Source: an uncultured Enterobacteriaceae bacterium
Lineage (GTDB): Bacteria > Pseudomonadota > Gammaproteobacteria > Enterobacterales > Enterobacteriaceae
DNA: 64,000 nt
Assembly: GCA_947631255.1 (NCBI GenBank)
Contig: CANRKT010000008.1
Location: 2,958 to 66,957, forward strand
Direction of reading: 5' to 3'
Shown: one piece after another, positions 56,729 to 64,000 of the stretch
Layout of the letters: each line of letters begins with the position of its first letter
Numbering within the stretch: the stretch's first letter is position 1
Notes under the pieces: generated by a model
Told to the model about the DNA's origin: nothing
What the model saw: the letters and a program-made list of their open reading frames with translations, nothing else
Database searches by the model: none
Made by a program: the position numbers and the translations under genes

Positions 56729-58003
56729 TTAATAGTCGACAGCATCACGAATAATCGGACAGGTCATACAGTGGCCACCGCCACGGCCACGTCCCAGTTC
56801 ACTTCCGACTATCTCGATTACCTCAACCCCTTCCTTACGTAACTGGGTATTGGTCTTGGTGTTGCGATCGTAAGCTAATACCACACCAGGAGAAAGCGCC
56901 ACTATATTGTTGCCGCTGTCCCACTGTTGGCGCTCGGTATCGTAGTCATTACCTTCGGTTTCCACCACCCGCAGTTTTTTCAGGTTCAAGGCGCCGGTAA
57001 TGGTTTCGATAAAGGTTCCCTTATCACGGTTCAGTTTCATGCCGGTTGGGCCATCATCTGGGCGCAGTGAGAAGGTTTTGATCTGATTGACGATAGCCGG
57101 GTAAAGTGTGACGACATCGCGATCGCAGAAGGTAAATACCGTATCCAAGTGCATGGCGGCGCGTAGTTTCGGCATGGCAGCAATCATCACTCGTTCAACG
57201 CCGGAATGCTTGCTGGAAAACAGCGCAGCGGCTAACTGCGTGATTGCCTGATGTGAGGTTCGCTCACTCATGCCAATCAGCACCGTTTTATTGCCGATCG
57301 GCATTACATCTCCCCCTTCGAGCGTTGCGGTGCCGTGGCTCACGGTTGGATCCCCCCACCAGACGTTAACGTTGGCTTCACCAAAGTCTGGGTGGAATTT
57401 ATAAATTGCCGTGGTCAGAATCGTTTCTTCATGGCGGGCTGGCCAGTACAACGGATTCAATGTTACTCCGCCATAAATCCAACAGGTAGTATCACGGGTG
57501 TACAAGGTGTTCGGTAGTGGCGGAAGCAGGTATTCCGTAATTCCCACAGCTTCACGAATTAGCTTCAACTCTTCGTTATCGGCATAGCCTGCTTTAGCCA
57601 GTTCGGAGGTAGACAGCCCACCGATCAGCACCTCTGCCAATGCTCGGGGGGCCAGGCTATCAAGGAAGCTGCGCGTTTCATTTAAGATCCCCAGCGACAC
57701 TTCATTCGGCACAATTTGCAGATCGAGGATCCACTTTCTTGCTTCTGGCAGTGTCAGGGTTTCTGCCAGTAGGTTGTGCATTTCAACCACATCCACGTCG
57801 TGTTCGCGCATTTTGGTCATAAAGTCAAAGTGGTCACGCTTGGCGCGATCAACCCACAACACGTCATCGAACAACAGCTCATCACAGTTACTTGGTGTCA
57901 GCCGGTTATGTGCTTTGCCAGGGGCACATACCATAACCTTGTGTAATTTCCCTACTTCAGAATGCACACCAAACTTGGACGGTATTTTATTTTTAGTCGT
58001 CAT
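56729..58003 (-). CDS. arcA: Arginine deiminase
   Basis: [35 protein letters not shown] with the catalytic Cys. Confidence 0.96.
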   Translation of the reverse strand: MTTKNKIPSKFGVHSEVGKLHKVMVCAPGKAHNRLTPSNCDELLFDDVLWVDRAKRDHFDFMTKMREHDVDVVEMHNLLAETLTLPEARKWILDLQIVPNEVSLGILNETRSFLDSLAPRALAEVLIGGLSTSELAKAGYADNEELKLIREAVGITEYLLPPLPNTLYTRDTTCWIYGGVTLNPLYWPARHEETILTTAIYKFHPDFGEANVNVWWGDPTVSHGTATLEGGDVMPIGNKTVLIGMSERTSHQAITQLAAALFSSKHSGVERVMIAAMPKLRAAMHLDTVFTFCDRDVVTLYPAIVNQIKTFSLRPDDGPTGMKLNRDKGTFIETITGALNLKKLRVVETEGNDYDTERQQWDSGNNIVALSPGVVLAYDRNTKTNTQLRKEGVEVIEIVGSELGRGRGGGHCMTCPIIRDAVDY

Positions 58004-58018
58004 AATGATTTGCCTCGA

Positions 58019-59536
58019 TCAGATTGTGATTACACCCGTTGCAATACTGTAGATTGCGGCGATGGCGGCGAACATAATGATCACGAAAAGCCCCATTTCG
58101 ACCGGGGTGAACAGTTTCGCGTGTTGTTCACGTTTGGCCTGAATGTACAGCAGTGAACCTGGGCCATAGATGATGGCGGAGAGCAGCAAATATTTCATTC
58201 CCCCGGAGTACAGCATCAGCAGAGCATAGAAAGTGGCTATAAGCGCAATAACCAGATCTTTCTTGCGAGTCGTTTTGTTGTCCCCGTAGGTTTCCCCGGA
58301 ACAAGCCAATTTCAAGCCATAAGCCCCTACCAACAAATAAGGGATAAGGGTCATAGAGCTGGTTAGCTCGAGTGCCAGTTGGAAGGCGTAGTTGCTAAAC
58401 AGCGTCAGGATCAAAAAAACCTGAATGGTGACGTTGGTCAGCCACACTGCGGTAGAAGGCACTGCCTTACTATTTTCTGTGGTAAACACCTTAGGCATGC
58501 TGTTATTTTTTGCTGCGGAATAGAGCACTTCTGCCGCCAGAAGTGACCAAGATAGGTAAGCCCCTAATACCGAAATAATCAGCCCCACGCTGATGAAAAT
58601 GGCACCCCAGCGTCCGACGACAGCTTCTAGTACGCCAGCCATGGAGGGTTGACGCAATACGGCCAGATCGGGACGCAGCATCACGCCATATGACAGCATT
58701 GTTATCAATACCAGCAGGCACAGTACCCCAACGAACCCCAGCACTGTGGCAATCCCGATATGGCGACGTTCTTTGGCATAGCGGGAATAAACGCTAGCGC
58801 CTTCAATCCCTAGAAACACGAATACCGTCACCAGCATGGTACTGCGTACTTGGCTAAATAGGGACTCGGGTTCAGCAGAGGGGGCGATAGCAGCGGCAGC
58901 ATGTCCCACGTAGCCGTATTCATCAAGATGAGAGAGGTCGCCCAAGCTGGCTAAAGAGACGGCAGTCTCTGGCTCTCCCCAGAAGTTAAGCATAAACATG
59001 TCGCTTTTGAAGGCGAAGATTAGAATGATAACGAAGATGAGGATGGGCAGAATTTTGGCTACGGTAGCGATAGTATTGATTGCAGCTGCGTTTTTCACCC
59101 CGCGCAATATCAGAATATGGAATGACCATAGGATAATAGACGAAATCAATATTGCTAACAGGGTATTACCGTCTCCAAAAACAGGAAAGAAGGCACCCAA
59201 TGTTGATTTGATTAACAAAAAATAAGAGACGTTACCAATACAAGTACCGGCCCAGAAACCCAGTGCTGAGGAAAATCCCAGATAGTTTCCGAATCCAGCT
59301 TTAGCATAGATAAATACGCCAGAGTCGAGTTCGGGTTTACGTTGTGCCAGAGTTTGGAATACGAAAGCCAGCATTAACATACCACCGCCAGCAATACCCC
59401 AAGCGATGAGGGCACCAAACCCTCCCGTTGCCCGCCCAAAGGTTGCCGGTAAAGAAAATATCCCGGCACCTATCATGGAACCAACCACTAACGCGGCGAG
59501 GGACCACAGAGGCAATTTATTCGTAGATATACTCAC
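58019..59536 (-). CDS. arcD: Arginine/ornithine antiporter-like APC transporter
   Basis: VVGSMIGAGIFSLP, VFVFLGIEGAS; GTG start 7 nt after TAAGGAG. Confidence 0.9.
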   Translation of the reverse strand: MSISTNKLPLWSLAALVVGSMIGAGIFSLPATFGRATGGFGALIAWGIAGGGMLMLAFVFQTLAQRKPELDSGVFIYAKAGFGNYLGFSSALGFWAGTCIGNVSYFLLIKSTLGAFFPVFGDGNTLLAILISSIILWSFHILILRGVKNAAAINTIATVAKILPILIFVIILIFAFKSDMFMLNFWGEPETAVSLASLGDLSHLDEYGYVGHAAAAIAPSAEPESLFSQVRSTMLVTVFVFLGIEGASVYSRYAKERRHIGIATVLGFVGVLCLLVLITMLSYGVMLRPDLAVLRQPSMAGVLEAVVGRWGAIFISVGLIISVLGAYLSWSLLAAEVLYSAAKNNSMPKVFTTENSKAVPSTAVWLTNVTIQVFLILTLFSNYAFQLALELTSSMTLIPYLLVGAYGLKLACSGETYGDNKTTRKKDLVIALIATFYALLMLYSGGMKYLLLSAIIYGPGSLLYIQAKREQHAKLFTPVEMGLFVIIMFAAIAAIYSIATGVITI

Positions 59537-59626
59537 AATGGATCTCCTTAGTGACATCATGTCATGTCAAGTTAATTCCGTTTTATTTAAGGGATAACAT
59601 TAGCTATATACCGATAATCAAATCAT

Positions 59627-59804
59627 AGACAGAGAAAAGCTAAAGACAGAGAAAAGCTAAAGACAGAGAAAAGCTAAAGACAGAGAAAAGCTAAAGACAG
59701 AGAAAAGCTAAAGACAGAGAAAAGCTAAAGACAGCGAAAAGCTAGAGACAGCGAAAAGCTAGAGACAGCGAAAAGCTAAAGACAGAGAAAAGGCAAAAGA
59801 CAGC
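59627..59804. repeat. Tandem array of 10 x 17 bp (AGACAGAGAAAAGCTAA) plus a partial unit
   Basis: Units 1-6 identical (59627-59728); 7-8 AGACAGCGAAAAGCTAG; 9 AGACAGCGAAAAGCTAA; 10 AGACAGAGAAAAGGCAA. No spacers. Confidence 0.97.
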
Positions 59805-59877
59805 CCTCAGTATAAGAGTTATTTTTATAAATAAAAGTGATTAATTGATTACATCTACGGCCAGCTACCCGTTGATT

Positions 59878-60045
59878 TGTCGTCATGTATGACTAAAAAA
59901 GGTGATAAACATCTACGAACCCTGTTTATTCTCGGTGCCCGGGAGGCATCAGAGTGGCTGAAAATAATAACGAGGGTTACTTAAACTAATGGGTTAATCA
60001 GCTAAAAGAGACGAGGATTCAACAAAACGACCATTGCGGTCGCCT
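59878..60045 (+). mobile_element. IS110-family transposase C-terminal relic
   Basis: MTKKGDKHLRTLFILGAR, then frameshifted NNNEGYLN*WVNQLKE and RGFNKTTIAVA, matching the C-terminal signature of IS110/IS1111-type transposases. Confidence 0.78.
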
Positions 60046-60094
60046 ACAGGCCCATGTCCACAATCAGCCAAGCCACGATTTCTGAGCAGAGCTC

Positions 60095-60125
60095 AAAAAA
60101 GCCCCATCAAAGAATTGATGAGGCT
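60095..60125 (-). terminator. Terminator after tsx
   Basis: Minus strand AGCCTCATCAA-TTCT-TTGATGGGGCT followed by TTTTT. Confidence 0.75.
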
Positions 60126-60193
60126 ATTGTTGTATACCCACCGGATCGTTTGACCGTGCGGTATTCGTTATTAGGTCGGCTTTTCAGCTTAAA

Positions 60194-61054
60194 TTAGAAG
60201 TTGTAACCAGCGACCAAGTAGTATCCAAAGCCGTTTGACTGAATTTTGTCATCCATAAATCCTGGACGGGAGCCATTTTCCCACTGTCCGCCATTATTAA
60301 AGTAACGGGCAACAAATGAATAATGGAAGTGATCGTAATTCAGCGCCAGAACATGGCTGGAAGCGATTGAGTTGCTAGTACGGTACTCTGAATCGCCTAA
60401 GTCTGAACCAAAGTCGAAGTTGGTGAAACCGATATAGGCTAAATCACCGCCCAGAACTTGAGTCAATGGTACGAAATATTTCACTTTAACGCGGTAGCCA
60501 TCCCACTCATTCTGGTTAGCTGCACCATAGTTCTGCCACTGGTATTTAGCATAGACGTTCAGTGCCAGGCTCATTGGCAGGCCGGTATCAATATCGGTAC
60601 CCAGACCCATGTACCAGGTGCTCTGACGACCTTCTTTATTGCGTCCCATATCGTAGATATAGTTGTTAGCAATGAAAAACTCTTTGAATGGGCCAAAGCT
60701 TAGATCAGTGTTGGTCAGTTTATCGATAGAGAAACGCGGTTCAATTTCCATAAACAGTGGGGAACCTTTATTCCAGATACCACGAGCATCGGTATTTCCA
60801 CCGAAAAATACGGGTGCATCAACGTAGCCATAGAAATCCAGCCAGTCTTTACGGGCAAAGGCTTCATATTCCAGATAGGTATCGTTACGCAGCTGTGGTC
60901 CGAAACGGGTGTGATAGCTGCCGACGACGTTAACACTCTGCTGCCACCAGTCTGAAAGATATTCAGAGCGATCGACTTTGACTTCTTCTGCACTTGCAGA
61001 GAACGCGCTAGAAAGTGCAATAGCAGCGCCGGCTGCCAGAATTATTTTTTTCAT
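60194..61054 (-). CDS. tsx: Nucleoside-specific outer-membrane channel Tsx
   Basis: [24 protein letters not shown]-terminal YNF. Confidence 0.97.
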   Translation of the reverse strand: MKKIILAAGAAIALSSAFSASAEEVKVDRSEYLSDWWQQSVNVVGSYHTRFGPQLRNDTYLEYEAFARKDWLDFYGYVDAPVFFGGNTDARGIWNKGSPLFMEIEPRFSIDKLTNTDLSFGPFKEFFIANNYIYDMGRNKEGRQSTWYMGLGTDIDTGLPMSLALNVYAKYQWQNYGAANQNEWDGYRVKVKYFVPLTQVLGGDLAYIGFTNFDFGSDLGDSEYRTSNSIASSHVLALNYDHFHYSFVARYFNNGGQWENGSRPGFMDDKIQSNGFGYYLVAGYNF

Positions 61055-61490
61055 ATATTCGCCACTGTTTATTTCATGTTACTGAGAAATTGTGGAAGGC
61101 GTCTCTGCGGAACTGGATCCTGCAGGCTTCTCACGATATGACTATTATATATGCTGCCACTCACAAAAATATGTTCTCTTTCACACTTTTGTTATTTGCG
61201 TAATCGATTGCCTTCACGTTTTTATCCGTTATATCGAATTTAATGCCTTTTTTCATGTCTTATTGCGAATTTTTTAGTTAATGGGTGAGCTTGATTGCTA
61301 TTGCGACCTAAAGAGTGAGGGTAGTGGATAACGCTTACTGATAAACGGGCAAGAAGCTTAACCTTTCGCAGTGAGAAACTGTTTCGGCACCGGATGGATG
61401 TGAATACGTACCCGGCGTAGAAAAAGACAATGATGTCTTCACCTGGTGTTGCTGAACACTACCCCGCATCAACAGTACTACTGAGCATAA

Positions 61491-62075
<585 letters not shown>

Positions 62076-62079
62076 AGAT

Positions 62080-63198
62080 ATGTCAGGTGATGAGCTGTTT
62101 ATGGCACGCGCGTTTGAGCTAGCGAAACGCGGGCGTTTTACCACAATGCCAAATCCGAATGTTGGCTGTGTACTGGTAAAAGAGGGGGTCATTGTTGGCG
62201 AGGGGTATCATCACCGCGCCGGTGAACCTCATGCTGAAGTGCATGCTCTGCAAATGGCGGGTGAAAAGGCACGCGGTGCTACCGCTTATGTGACACTGGA
62301 ACCTTGCAGCCATCATGGACGGACCGCTCCTTGCTGCGATGCACTGATTGCTGCCGGTGTCACCCGAGTGGTTGCTTCAATGCAAGACCCTAACCCACAG
62401 GTTGCCGGCCGTGGGTTGTATCGTTTACAACAGGCTGGTATTGATGTCAGTCATGGCCTGATGATGGGTGAAGCGGAAGCCATTAACCGTGGTTTTCTGA
62501 AACGTATGCGTACCGGATTCCCGTACCTGCAACTAAAATTAGGTGCATCTTTGGATGGTCGTACGGCGATGGCCAGCGGTGAAAGTCAGTGGATCACCTC
62601 ACCTCAGGCTCGCCGTGACGTACAGCGGTTACGTGCCCAGAGCGCGGCGATTCTTTCCAGTAGTGCCACGGTTCTGGCAGATGACCCTGCCTTAACCGTT
62701 CGCTGGGACGAACTGGGTGAAACGACAGGTTCACTGTTTGATGAAGCACAAACGCGTCAGCCAGTACGGATCATTATCGACAGCCAAAATCGAGTGACCC
62801 CGCAGCATAAGATCATCCAGCAACCAGGTCAGACCTGGCTTGCTCGCTGTAGCGCTGATACCCAATCCTGGCCTGACGATGTCGAGCAGCTGATTGTCGC
62901 GCCACATCAAGGACATCTCGATCTGGTGGTGCTGATGATGCAACTGGGTAAACGTCAGATTAACAATATCTGGGTGGAAGCGGGGCCAACCCTTGGTGGT
63001 GCATTATTGCAGGCGGGATTGGTAGATGAATTAATTGTTTATCTGGCACCTAAGCTGCTGGGTAGCGATGCGCGTGGCCTGTGCACGTTACCAGGGCTTG
63101 AAAAACTCGCCGATGCACCAGAATTTGCTTTCAGTCAAATTCGTCAGGTTGGCCCTGATTTATGTCTACACTTAGTTCCAAAACACGCGTACTTGTAA
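62080..63198 (+). CDS. ribD: Bifunctional riboflavin deaminase/reductase
   Basis: PNPNVG, HAE, TLEPCSH, ASLDGR, VEAGPTL. Confidence 0.97.
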   Translation: MSGDELFMARAFELAKRGRFTTMPNPNVGCVLVKEGVIVGEGYHHRAGEPHAEVHALQMAGEKARGATAYVTLEPCSHHGRTAPCCDALIAAGVTRVVASMQDPNPQVAGRGLYRLQQAGIDVSHGLMMGEAEAINRGFLKRMRTGFPYLQLKLGASLDGRTAMASGESQWITSPQARRDVQRLRAQSAAILSSSATVLADDPALTVRWDELGETTGSLFDEAQTRQPVRIIIDSQNRVTPQHKIIQQPGQTWLARCSADTQSWPDDVEQLIVAPHQGHLDLVVLMMQLGKRQINNIWVEAGPTLGGALLQAGLVDELIVYLAPKLLGSDARGLCTLPGLEKLADAPEFAFSQIRQVGPDLCLHLVPKHAYL

Positions 63199-63274
63199 AA
63201 CGTAAGCAGTCGCGAAAAGATTATGGTAAAATCCGCCCCCCTTTGGGGCTAAACAGAACCCGTAAAGGAAGATT

Positions 63275-63745
63275 ATGAACATTATTGAAGCAGCTGTTGC
63301 TACTCCTGACGCTCGTATTGCCATCACGATTGCGCGTTTCAACAACTTTATCAATGACAGCCTGCTGGATGGTGCCGTAGATGCACTGAAACGTATCGGC
63401 CAGGTTGCAGATAACAATATTACCGTTGTATGGGTACCAGGGGCTTATGAACTGCCACTGGCTGCTGATGCATTAGCAAAAACCGGTAAGTATGACGCGA
63501 TTATCGCGCTGGGTACTGTCATTCGTGGCGGTACTGCGCATTTTGAATATGTTGCGGGTGGAGCAAGCAATGGTCTGGCTCATGTCTCTCATGACAGCGG
63601 TGTGCCAGTTGCCTTTGGCGTGCTGACTACCGAAAGTATTGAACAAGCTATCGAACGTGCGGGTACCAAAGCGGGTAATAAAGGTGCCGAAGCGGCATTG
63701 ACCGCACTGGAAATGATTAATGTATTGAAGGCAATTAAAGCCTGA
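63275..63745 (+). CDS. ribH: Lumazine synthase
   Basis: [27 protein letters not shown]. Confidence 0.98.
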   Translation: MNIIEAAVATPDARIAITIARFNNFINDSLLDGAVDALKRIGQVADNNITVVWVPGAYELPLAADALAKTGKYDAIIALGTVIRGGTAHFEYVAGGASNGLAHVSHDSGVPVAFGVLTTESIEQAIERAGTKAGNKGAEAALTALEMINVLKAIKA

Positions 63746-63764
63746 TTTTTGTAAGGGGAAATTC

Positions 63765-64000
63765 GTGAAACCTGCTGCTCGTCGCCGCGCCCGTGAATGT
63801 GCCGTTCAGGCGCTCTACTCATGGCAGTTGTCTAAAAACGACATCGCTGATGTTGAATACCAGTTCCTGTCGGAACAGGACGTCAAGGATGTTGATATTA
63901 ACTATTTCCGTGAGTTGCTGAGTGGGGTGGCTACTAACAGCGGGTATCTGGATGGGCTGATGAAGCCTTATCTTTCCCGCCAGCTGGAAGAACTGGGGCA
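63765..64000 (+). CDS. nusB: Transcription antitermination factor NusB (5' part; runs off window)
   Basis: GTG start, [22 protein letters not shown]. Confidence 0.95.
   Translation, partial: MKPAARRRARECAVQALYSWQLSKNDIADVEYQFLSEQDVKDVDINYFRELLSGVATNSGYLDGLMKPYLSRQLEELG

Noticed and set aside
59600-59800. AGCTAA in the repeat unit resembles the LacI operator half-site at 2310-2331
   Set aside because: A 6-7 bp match in AT-rich DNA is expected by chance, and the full ATTAGCTAAT palindrome is absent from the units.
59627-59804. Possible CRISPR array
   Set aside because: Units are directly adjacent with no unique spacers, only 17 bp long and non-palindromic, and no cas genes are nearby.
59627-60045. 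Array as an IS110 bridge-RNA/target array forming a novel system
   Set aside because: The transposase is only a frameshifted C-terminal fragment, and nothing in the sequence links the repeats to IS ends; adjacency alone is insufficient.

Overview
Chromosomal window of an Enterobacteriaceae-like bacterium (species not identifiable from sequence alone). It joins two backbone blocks. The first is micA-luxS ... mprA(emrR)-ygaY-proXWV. The second is ampH-sbmA-ddlA-iraP-proC-aroL-rdgC-sbcCD-phoBR-brnQ-proY-queA-tgt-secDF-tsx-nrdR-ribD-ribH-nusB. Accessory inserts sit between and within these blocks: (1) an ORF-less 5' fragment of a group II intron directly behind the luxS terminator; (2) a LacI / GH5-like glycosidase / GPH transporter locus with a palindromic operator; (3) AraC plus a 'type 2' LeuA, where emrAB normally lies; (4) a five-gene operon (AfuABC/FbpABC-family ABC importer + beta-CASP-like metallo-beta-lactamase-fold hydrolase + histidine phosphatase) behind a near-consensus Pho box and a CRP-like site, while the chromosomal phoA is an internally deleted pseudogene; (5) zinT, dcuSR, pheP, yicL; (6) an arcD-arcA pair without arcB/arcC, preceded by a 10 x 17-bp tandem array and an IS110 relic. 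Relics of IS3, IS200/IS605 (tnpB) and IS110 elements are present. No rRNA, tRNA or CRISPR array was found. The best candidate for an uncharacterised system is the Pho-box ABC/beta-CASP/phosphatase operon. All homology calls rest on my recollection of family motifs, not on database searches.
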